From Euryarchaeota archaeon RBG_19FT_COMBO_69_17 (GTDB lineage: Archaea; Thermoplasmatota; Thermoplasmata; RBG-16-68-12), in the NCBI GenBank assembly GCA_001800825.1, contig MGWD01000027.1, positions 13,015 to 63,840 of the forward strand: a stretch of 50,826 bases of DNA. The letters are read 5' to 3'. Of the stretch, positions 1-6,934 are shown in pieces (within the stretch, counting starts at the first letter, position 1; the number at the start of each line of letters is the position of its first letter). The position numbers and the translations under genes are program-made. Under the pieces are notes generated by a model. The model did no database searches, was not told the origin of the DNA, and saw only the letters and a list, made by a program, of their open reading frames with translations.

Positions 1-1
1 G

Positions 2-1510
2 GACGCCCTCAAGGAGGACCAGCCCCGCGTCGCCGAGGTGCCGTTCGCCTCGGAGCGCAAGAAGATGTCGACCCTCCACGCGCGGGTGCCCGCGGGGGAC
101 CTCCCGGGGCTCCTCGCCCTTCCGGAAGACCGGCGGGCGAAGCGGCTCGCGGCGGCAGGGCCCAAGACCCTCTACGCGAAGGGGGCCCCCGAGCGGATCC
201 TCGCGGCGTGCACGAATCACGTCGTCGACGGGCAGGCGGTCCCCCTCACTGAGTACGACCGGAAGCAGTACGTCTTCCAGAACCAGGAGTTCGCGACGCG
301 GGCCCTGCGGGTCCTCGGGGTCGCGAAGCGCGAGTTCCCGGGTGAGCTGTCCGCCCTCACGGAGGAAGCCCTCGAGCGCGACCTGACGTTCCTCGGCCTC
401 GTCGGGATGATGGACGCCCCTCGGACGGACGCGGTCCGCGCGATCGAGGAGTGCGAGAAGGCGGGCATCCGGGTGGTCATGATCACGGGGGACCACAAGC
501 TCACCGCGATGGCCGTGGCGCGGGAGATGGGGATCCTCTCGGAGGGCGAGCGCGCCCTCACGGGGGAGGAGCTCGAGAAGATCCCCGATGAGGATCTCGT
601 CCGGGACGTCGAGCAGATTCGGGTGTACGCCCGCGTGGCCCCGGAGCACAAGGTGAGGATCGTCGCGGCCTGGAAGAAGCGGGGCCACGTCGTCGCGATG
701 ACCGGTGACGGGGTGAACGACGCGCCCGCCCTCAAGCGCTCGGATCTCGGGGTCGCGATGGGCATCACGGGGACCGACGTCGCGAAGGAGAGCGCGGACA
801 TGGTCCTCCTCGACGACAACTTCGCGTCGATCGTGAGCGCGGTCGAGGAGGGCCGCGGGATCTACGACAACATCCGGAAGTTCGTCCGGTACATGCTGAG
901 CACGAACTCGGGGGAGGTCCTCACGATCTTCATGGCGACCCTCCTCGCCCTCCCGCTCCCCCTCCTCCCCCTCCAGATCCTCTGGATTAACCTCATCACG
1001 GACGGCTTCCCGGCCCTCGCCCTTACCGTGGAGCCGAAGGAGAGCGGGATCATGGCCCGCCGGCCGCGGGACCCGAAGGCGGGAATCCTGAGCGGCGGGA
1101 TCGGCTTCCACATCGTCTGGGTCGGGGTCCTCATGACCGTCGGGGCCCTCGCGATGTTCGTGTGGGCCCTCTCGAACCGCCCGGACGCGGCGGAGCACAA
1201 CGAGGCCCGGACCCTCGTGTTCTACGTCCTCACGATGTTCCAGGTCTTCCACGTCCTCGCGATCCGCGTCGAACAGAAGTCCGTGTTCACGGAGGGCTTC
1301 TTCCGGAACCGCCATCTGATCGCGGCGGCCCTCGGGACGATCGGCCTCCAGCTCCTCGTGATCTACGCGGAGCCGTTCCAGTCCGCCTTCCGGACGTACG
1401 CGCTCCCGTGGGAAGAGATCCTCGTCGCGACCGTCGTCGCATCCTCCGTCTTCTTCGCGGTCGAACTGGAGAAGTGGATTCGGAGGCGCCGCGATCGTGC
1501 TCCTCGTTGA
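2..1510 (+). CDS. P-type (P2, SERCA-like) cation-transporting ATPase, C-terminal ~500 aa; the 5' end lies outside the window
   Basis: The frame is open from nt 2 (DALKEDQPRVAEVPFASERKKMS...), so the listed GTG at 38 is internal. P-type signatures are MITGDHKLTA (TGD) and VAMTGDGVNDAPALK (GDGxNDxP). These are followed by TM helices with the SERCA-like LQILWINLITDGFPALAL. Confidence 0.9.
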   Translation, partial: DALKEDQPRVAEVPFASERKKMSTLHARVPAGDLPGLLALPEDRRAKRLAAAGPKTLYAKGAPERILAACTNHVVDGQAVPLTEYDRKQYVFQNQEFATRALRVLGVAKREFPGELSALTEEALERDLTFLGLVGMMDAPRTDAVRAIEECEKAGIRVVMITGDHKLTAMAVAREMGILSEGERALTGEELEKIPDEDLVRDVEQIRVYARVAPEHKVRIVAAWKKRGHVVAMTGDGVNDAPALKRSDLGVAMGITGTDVAKESADMVLLDDNFASIVSAVEEGRGIYDNIRKFVRYMLSTNSGEVLTIFMATLLALPLPLLPLQILWINLITDGFPALALTVEPKESGIMARRPRDPKAGILSGGIGFHIVWVGVLMTVGALAMFVWALSNRPDAAEHNEARTLVFYVLTMFQVFHVLAIRVEQKSVFTEGFFRNRHLIAAALGTIGLQLLVIYAEPFQSAFRTYALPWEEILVATVVASSVFFAVELEKWIRRRRDRAPR

Positions 1511-2534
1511 CGGCTCGACGGGAGAGGGCGGCGGGCAGATCCTGCGGATGGCCGTGGCCTTGGCCGCGACGACCCTCACGGAGGTCCGGGTCGAGGGCAT
1601 CCGGGCGGGCCGGCCGTCCCCCGGCCTCGCGGCCCAGCACGTGACCGCGGTCAAAGCGGTCGCGGCCCTGTGCGCCGCGGAAGTCGAGGGCCTCGAGGTC
1701 GGGTCGAAGGCGATCACGTTCCGCCCCGGCCCGATCGAGGCCGGCCGGCACGCGTTCGACGTCGGCACGGCGGGCGCGGTGACCCTCGTCCTCCAGGCGT
1801 GCCTCCCCGTTGCCCTCGCGGCGCCGGGACCCGTCCGGATTCGTCTCGTCGGCGGAACGGACGTCCGCTGGTCTCCGCCCGTGGACTACGTGTCCCGGGT
1901 CCTCCTGCCCCTCCTACGGCGTCTCGGCGGGCCCGCCGACCTTCTCCTCCTGCGACGCGGGTACTACCCGCGAGGCGGGGGCGCGATCGAGCTCTCGACG
2001 CGTCCCGCGGACGGATGGGCCCCTCTCGCGGTCGACGCGCCGGGGGTCGTGCGCTCGGTCCGGGGGATCGCCCACGTCTCGAACCTCCCCGAGGACATCC
2101 CGAAGCGGGTCAAGCACGCTGCGATGCGACGGCTCCGATCCCTCGGGGACGTCCAGATCGAGGAGCGCGTGTACAAGGGGGACGAGGCCGTGGGCCAGGG
2201 CGGCGCCTTCGTCCTGTGGGCGGAGACGGAGGCCTCCGTCCTCGGATGCGCGTCCCTTGCGGAGCGCGGGAAGCCATCCGAGCGGGTGGGCCAGGAGGCG
2301 GCGGGGGCCCTCCTGTCGGAACTCGAGTCGGGCGCATCCCTCGATGTCCACGCGGCGGACCAGGTCCTCCCGTACCTCGCCCTGGCCCCGGGCCCCTCCT
2401 CGTTCACGGTCCGCGAGGCCACCGGGCACCTGAGGACGATGGCGTGGCTCGTCGAGAAGCTCCTCGGGCGCGAGGTGCGGATCGAGCCGCAGAACCGCCT
2501 GTGGCGGGTGGCCGTGCCGGGGCCGCGGTCCTAA
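1497..2534 (+). CDS. rtcA: RNA 3'-terminal phosphate cyclase
   Basis: 345-aa ORF with a GTG start that overlaps the ATPase stop by 14 nt. It has the N-terminal DGSTGEGGGQILR and C-terminal LDVHAADQVLPYLAL motifs characteristic of RtcA. Confidence 0.9.
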   Translation: MLLVDGSTGEGGGQILRMAVALAATTLTEVRVEGIRAGRPSPGLAAQHVTAVKAVAALCAAEVEGLEVGSKAITFRPGPIEAGRHAFDVGTAGAVTLVLQACLPVALAAPGPVRIRLVGGTDVRWSPPVDYVSRVLLPLLRRLGGPADLLLLRRGYYPRGGGAIELSTRPADGWAPLAVDAPGVVRSVRGIAHVSNLPEDIPKRVKHAAMRRLRSLGDVQIEERVYKGDEAVGQGGAFVLWAETEASVLGCASLAERGKPSERVGQEAAGALLSELESGASLDVHAADQVLPYLALAPGPSSFTVREATGHLRTMAWLVEKLLGREVRIEPQNRLWRVAVPGPRS

Positions 2535-3298
2535 CCGTACATGCTCGGCCGGACGGAGCCCGCGGGTTTCTTCGCGGCCTCCGTCTGCTGGTGGATCGAC
2601 TTGAGCTGCATCTCGATCCGCTCCGCCTCCTCGTAGAGGGGCTTCGCGTCGAGCTCCGTGTGGAGGAGGAGCTTGTCGATTGTCTCGATCACGCGCGCCG
2701 CCGCGCGGGCGTCCGGGTAGTCGGGATGGGCTTCGCTGAGGAGCGTGATCACGTCGAAGTCCCGCTTCCGGCCCTCGTTCAGGAGGACCCCCGCGACCCC
2801 CGTGATGACGCCCTCCTCGAAGATCGTGACCCGGTTCCCGCGGAGCATCTCCATCGCCTTGTCCGTGGAGCCGATCCCGTACACCTCGACCTGGCGGTCC
2901 TCCTCGTCGACCGCGCCCTCCCCGTCGATGATGAGGCCCTCGGGGCACACGAGGAGGTTGCACCGCGCGTCCTGGGCCCAGTCGAGGACTGTCGCCGCGA
3001 TCGCCTTGATGAGGTTCGGCGGCGGCTGGAACTCCGAGATGAAGACGACGACCTGGTCGTGCCCCTCGACCTTGGGCCCCGCGTAGATCCGGACGGGGTT
3101 CATGGGCTGCCCGTCCCGCACGAGGGCCACGGTCGGGAAGTAGATGGAGTCCATGATCCCGATCTGGGTGAGGCCGAGGGCGTTGATCAGGTAGTTCGCG
3201 ACGATGGAGGAAACGAGGCCCACGCTCGGGAAGCCGTCGATCACGGTGGCCCCCCGCAGATCCATCCGCTTGAGCTCGTAAATCTGGATGCCTTCCAT
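2531..3298 (-). CDS. PAC2-family proteasome assembly chaperone (PbaA/PbaB-like)
   Basis: 255-aa ORF. The N-terminus (GATVIDGFPSVGLVSSIVANYLI) is typical of the PAC2 family. The C-terminus ends in -M-Y-G, which fits the HbYX (hydrophobic-Tyr-X) proteasome-docking motif. Confidence 0.8.
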   Translation of the reverse strand: MEGIQIYELKRMDLRGATVIDGFPSVGLVSSIVANYLINALGLTQIGIMDSIYFPTVALVRDGQPMNPVRIYAGPKVEGHDQVVVFISEFQPPPNLIKAIAATVLDWAQDARCNLLVCPEGLIIDGEGAVDEEDRQVEVYGIGSTDKAMEMLRGNRVTIFEEGVITGVAGVLLNEGRKRDFDVITLLSEAHPDYPDARAAARVIETIDKLLLHTELDAKPLYEEAERIEMQLKSIHQQTEAAKKPAGSVRPSMYG

Positions 3299-3324
3299 GG
3301 GCGGCGGCCCATCGAGGCTGGGTT

Positions 3325-3332
3325 ACTTAAAG
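3325..3332 (-). promoter_or_regulatory. TATA-like box for the PAC2 gene
   Basis: The minus strand reads CTTTAAGT, centred about 30 nt upstream of the ATG at 3298, within otherwise GC-rich sequence. Confidence 0.35.
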
Positions 3333-3472
3333 CTGGCGAGACGGATACCGATTGTGGCATCTCTGCCGACCCGTGTGCGCCTTCGGGGTCGCGTACGACC
3401 GCGTCGGGAGAAGGTGATGATACGACCAGGCTCTCCGCAATCACGGCGGTCCTTGGGCTGGTCATCCTGGGC

Positions 3473-3646
3473 ATGGGCATTGGCTGGATCTTCGTGATCC
3501 CCAAGGCCGAAGTCTTGGGCAACGCCGTCCTGATCGGCATACCCAACTTGGATGGAATCTGGCTCGTGGCTGCCGGCGGAGTCAGCCTTGCCATCGGGCT
3601 TCTCTGGAGAAGGAAGCGCGAGGAGCCCGCCACCGGTCCCCCCTAG
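3473..3646 (+). CDS. possible small two-helix membrane protein (start unresolved)
   Basis: The tail of frame-2 ORF 1670..3646 encodes two hydrophobic helices (AITAVLGLVILGMGIGWIFVI and IWLVAAGGVSLAIGLLW) followed by RRKREE. The first ATG (3473) falls inside helix 1, and no ATG/GTG/TTG lies upstream in frame. Confidence 0.25.
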   Translation: MGIGWIFVIPKAEVLGNAVLIGIPNLDGIWLVAAGGVSLAIGLLWRRKREEPATGPP

Positions 3647-3723
3647 GGGCCGTCCCGCGCGCGTCCTTGTGTTGGTCCGGGTAGGGACACCGGTCCGAGG
3701 TCCCATTCTGGGTCGATCACGAC

Positions 3724-4143
3724 TCACTTCGTCGGGAGGACTTCGAACGTGTTGATCCATGCCACGCCCGCGCGGCGGAGCATGATCCCGACGGAGCAGT
3801 ACTTGTCCGTCGAGAGGTCGATGGCCCGCTTCACCGCGGCCTCCTTCACGCCATCGCCGTACACCTTGTAGTGCAGGTGGACCTTCGTGAGGACCTTCGG
3901 TTCCGTCGGGGCGCGCTCGGCCTCCGCCTCGATCTCGAGCCTCGCGAGGGGCTCCCTCTGCTTCCGCAGGATCCACACGATGTCGGACGCCGTGCAGCCC
4001 ATCGCGGCGAGGAGAACCGTCTGGAACGGGGACGGGCCTTCCGGCGTCTCGCCCTTCCCCCGTGCGTCGAGGACGATGGGCGGGCGCTCCTCCGCCTGGA
4101 CCTGGAACTTCATGTCGTCGAGCTGGGTGAGCCGGGCCTTCAT
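3724..4143 (-). CDS. OsmC/Ohr-family peroxiredoxin-like protein
   Basis: 139 aa from the ATG at 4143 (MKARLTQLDD...). The rest of listed ORF 3724..5862 is Arg/Pro-rich junk. Two conserved Cys contexts are present (AMGCTASD and DKYCSVG), typical of OsmC. Confidence 0.85.
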   Translation of the reverse strand: MKARLTQLDDMKFQVQAEERPPIVLDARGKGETPEGPSPFQTVLLAAMGCTASDIVWILRKQREPLARLEIEAEAERAPTEPKVLTKVHLHYKVYGDGVKEAAVKRAIDLSTDKYCSVGIMLRRAGVAWINTFEVLPTK

Positions 4144-4240
4144 CTCGTTCCCTTCGCGGCTCGACGAGGCCCGTTCTACAAGAAGCTGACGTACGCATGG
4201 CATGGGAAGATAGTTATCCGCCGGGCTCCTTCGCGCCGTC

Positions 4241-4876
4241 GTGCGGCCCCGCGTGATCATCAACGCCGCGATGTCCGTGGACGGGAAGATCGCCCTCGCG
4301 GACGGGCACGGGGTGCGGATCAGCAACGAGGAGGACCTCCGCCGCGTCCACGAGCTTCGGGCGGAGATCGACGCGATCCTCGTGGGGATCGGGACCGTCC
4401 TCAAGGACGATCCCAAGCTGACCGTGAAGGCGGAGTACGCGACGGGGAAGAACCCCCTGCGCGTCGTCCTCGACTCCGGCGGCCGCACCCCGCCCGACGC
4501 GAAGGTCCTCGACGCGTCCTCGCCCACCCTCATCGTGACGTCGGCCGACTGCGATCGGACGTTCAAGCACGCGGAGGTCCTCCGGTGCGGGAAGGACGAC
4601 GTCGACCTGAGGGCCCTCCTGGACCACCTCCAGGCCCGCGGCATCGGGTCCGTCCTCGTCGAGGGCGGGAGCACGGTCATCTGGGCCTTCCTGCGGGAGG
4701 GCCTCGCGGACGAGGTCCGCGTGTTCGTCGGCAGCGTGGTCCTCGGGGGCGCATCCGCCCCGACCCTGGCGGGCGGCGAGGGCGCAGGCTCAATCGACGA
4801 GGCGGCCCGCCTTCGCCTGGACCGCGTGGAACGCCTCGGGGACGGCGTCCTCCTCGTGTACACGGTGGTCCGGTGA
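4241..4876 (+). CDS. arfC: 2,5-diamino-6-(ribosylamino)-4(3H)-pyrimidinone 5'-phosphate reductase (RibD C-terminal domain, archaeal type)
   Basis: 211 aa. It has the N-terminal VIINAAMSVDGKIA and the GIGTVLKDDPKLTV / LVEGGSTV motifs of the RibD_C reductase fold. There is no deaminase domain. Confidence 0.85.
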   Translation: MRPRVIINAAMSVDGKIALADGHGVRISNEEDLRRVHELRAEIDAILVGIGTVLKDDPKLTVKAEYATGKNPLRVVLDSGGRTPPDAKVLDASSPTLIVTSADCDRTFKHAEVLRCGKDDVDLRALLDHLQARGIGSVLVEGGSTVIWAFLREGLADEVRVFVGSVVLGGASAPTLAGGEGAGSIDEAARLRLDRVERLGDGVLLVYTVVR

Positions 4877-5325
4877 AGCTCCTCTGCGACCACATGCTCG
4901 GGAGCCTCGCCCGCTGGCTCCGGTTCATGGGGTACGACACGGCCTATCCGGAGGCCGTCGGAGACCGGGAGCTCCTGATGATCGCCCGCGCGGAGGACCG
5001 CGTCCTCCTGACCCGGGACAAGGAGCTCGCCGCCCGCGCCCCGGGCGCGATCCGCATCCGAAGCGACGTGCTCGAGGAGCAGGTCCGCGAAGTCGCGGCG
5101 AGCCTGCCCCTCCGTCTCGTGGACCCCCTCTCCCGCTGCTCCCTGTGCAACACGCCGCTCGTCGCCGCCACCCCGGAGGAGGTCCAGGACCTCGTGCCCG
5201 AGGACGTGCGGGCGAAGCACGCGGAGTTCTGGCGGTGCCCCGGGTGCGGGAAGGCGTACTGGCGGGGCACCCACTGGGACAAGATGATCGAACGGCTGAA
5301 CCGGCTCGACCTCTCCAAGGCCTAG
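4873..5325 (+). CDS. Mut7-C RNase domain (DUF82) protein with C-terminal zinc ribbon
   Basis: The GTG at 4873 overlaps the arfC stop (GTGA). The N-terminus is VKLLCDHMLGSLARWLRFMGYD. CSLCN...CPGCG form a CxxC...CxxC ribbon. The upstream part of listed ORF 3871..5325 is junk. Confidence 0.8.
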   Translation: MKLLCDHMLGSLARWLRFMGYDTAYPEAVGDRELLMIARAEDRVLLTRDKELAARAPGAIRIRSDVLEEQVREVAASLPLRLVDPLSRCSLCNTPLVAATPEEVQDLVPEDVRAKHAEFWRCPGCGKAYWRGTHWDKMIERLNRLDLSKA

Positions 5326-5696
5326 TCGCGCGCGAGGAACCGGGCGAGCTCGGAGGTCCCCCCGCGGCCCAGCCACGCCGCGAGGACGGCCTCCTCGGCC
5401 TCCTCCCGGGAGTAGCAGGCCACTCCTGCGGCCTCGAGGGCCTCCGCCTCGTCCGGGGACGTCTCCTCGAGGAGCACGGCGGCCAGGGTCGCGCTCGATC
5501 CCTCCCGGGCCTCGAGGAACGCGGTCGCCTCCCCGCGACGCAGGAAGGCGAGGATGAGTTCCGCACCGTCCCTCGTGCCGAGGACGATGGCCCCCTCGGA
5601 CGTGACGGACCATCCCGACGCCGCGAGGATCCCCGCGACGGCCTGCTGGAGCACGCGCACCCCATCGCGGACCCGTGGAAAAGGCCGCCGACGCAA
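5322..5696 (-). CDS. hypothetical protein (start uncertain)
   Basis: 124-aa ORF with a TTG start and an alpha/beta-looking sequence (ILAASGWSVTSEGAIVLGTRDGAELILAFLRRGE...). I recognise no motif. Its start overlaps the carA promoter region. Confidence 0.35.
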   Translation of the reverse strand: MRRRPFPRVRDGVRVLQQAVAGILAASGWSVTSEGAIVLGTRDGAELILAFLRRGEATAFLEAREGSSATLAAVLLEETSPDEAEALEAAGVACYSREEAEEAVLAAWLGRGGTSELARFLARD

Positions 5697-5697
5697 A

Positions 5698-5707
5698 CCC
5701 TAATATG
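5698..5707 (+). promoter_or_regulatory. TATA-like box for carA
   Basis: CCCTAATATG, centred about 35 nt upstream of the carA ATG (5738). Confidence 0.35.
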
Positions 5708-5737
5708 CGGCCCGGAAATGGGGGCGGGGTCCATCGG

Positions 5738-6823
5738 ATGGAAGGCTCCCTCGTCCTGGAGGACGGCACGGTCGTGGGGGGCGCGTTTTTCGGGTCCCGG
5801 CGCCAGGCGGCCGGCGAGCTCGTGTTCAACACGAACATGACCGGGTACACGGAGGCCCTCACGGACCCCTCCTACCGTGGGCAGATCCTCCTCATGACCT
5901 ACCCGCTGATCGGCAACTACGGGGTCGACCCGCGGACGATGGAGTCCGACAGGATCCAGGTCACGGGTTTCGTCGTGAAGGAGGCCTGCGCCACCCCGAG
6001 CCATCCGAGGTCCGCGATGGCCCTCGCTGCCTTCCTCGAAGGCCACGACGTCCCCGGCCTCCAGGGCGCGGACACGCGCATGCTCACGACGCGGATTCGG
6101 AGCCGGGGGACGATGAAGGCCGCGATCGTGCCCGCCCACGCCGACGTCGACGCGGCCGTGCGGGAGGTCCGGCGGATGCCCCACCCGGACACGCGAAACC
6201 TCGTGGCCGAGGTCTCCTGCCGGGAGCCGGTCCGCTTCCCCGGCGCGGAGCGCCGCACGATCGTCGTCGTGGATTGCGGGGTCAAGCGGAACATCGTCCG
6301 GGAGGCCCAGCGGAGCGCGGACGTCGTGTGCGTGCCCTACGACACCCCGACGGACGAGGTCCTCGCCCTGCGCCCGGACGGCGTCATCCTATCGAACGGT
6401 CCCGGGGACCCGGCGCACCCTGCGATCCTCTCGACGACCGTGCGGACGGCGCGGGAGCTCGCGGACCGCCACCTCCCCCTGTTCGGGATCTGCCTCGGGC
6501 ACCAGATCCTCGCCCTCGCGTTCGGAGCGAGGACGTTCAAGCTGAAGTTCGGCCACCGCGGCGGGAACCAACCCGTGAAGGACGCCCGCACGGGCCGCGT
6601 GCGGATCACGTCCCAGAACCACGGGTTCGCCGTCGACGAGGCGTCTCTCAAGGGCTCCGAGTTCGACGTGTCCAGCGTGAACCTGAACGACGGGACCGTG
6701 GAGGGGCTCGTCCACCGGGACCTGCCCGTCTTCTCCGTGCAGTACCACCCGGAGGCCCGCCCCGGGCCCTGGGACAATGAGTACCTGTTCCGGGACTTCG
6801 TCGCGACCCTCGGGAGGTCCTGA
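5738..6823 (+). CDS. carA: carbamoyl-phosphate synthase small (glutaminase) subunit
   Basis: The start is placed at MEGSLVLEDGTVVGG. It has NTNMTGYTEALTDPSYRGQIL, the GATase triad context FGICLGHQ, and QYHPEA. Confidence 0.95.
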   Translation: MEGSLVLEDGTVVGGAFFGSRRQAAGELVFNTNMTGYTEALTDPSYRGQILLMTYPLIGNYGVDPRTMESDRIQVTGFVVKEACATPSHPRSAMALAAFLEGHDVPGLQGADTRMLTTRIRSRGTMKAAIVPAHADVDAAVREVRRMPHPDTRNLVAEVSCREPVRFPGAERRTIVVVDCGVKRNIVREAQRSADVVCVPYDTPTDEVLALRPDGVILSNGPGDPAHPAILSTTVRTARELADRHLPLFGICLGHQILALAFGARTFKLKFGHRGGNQPVKDARTGRVRITSQNHGFAVDEASLKGSEFDVSSVNLNDGTVEGLVHRDLPVFSVQYHPEARPGPWDNEYLFRDFVATLGRS

Positions 6824-6841
6824 GGGGCGGGAGGACAGGAG

Positions 6842-6934
6842 GTGAGAAGGGTTCCCCGGCGGACGGACATCCGCAAGGCCATGGTCATCGGATCGGGCCC
6901 GATAGTCATCGGTCAGGCAGCCGAATTCGGGTGA
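6842..6934 (+). other. carB: carB 5' segment (codons 1-29) in frame 2, ending at a TGA two codons after the conserved ...GQAAEF
   Basis: A GGGAGG sequence lies 7 nt upstream of the GTG at 6842. The segment translates to [30 protein letters not shown]-stop, which is the canonical CarB N-terminus (E. coli [26 protein letters not shown]|DYSG). Confidence 0.7.

Noticed and set aside
4144-5862. N-terminal extensions of listed ORFs: 3724..5862, 15379..16608, 47163..49142, 24534..25934, 32352..34073, 10477..11535, 11787..12449 and 3871..5325.
   Set aside because: Homology-like sequence begins at an internal ATG or GTG in each case. The upstream parts are Arg/Pro-rich, overlap neighbouring genes, and disappear when the internal start is used.
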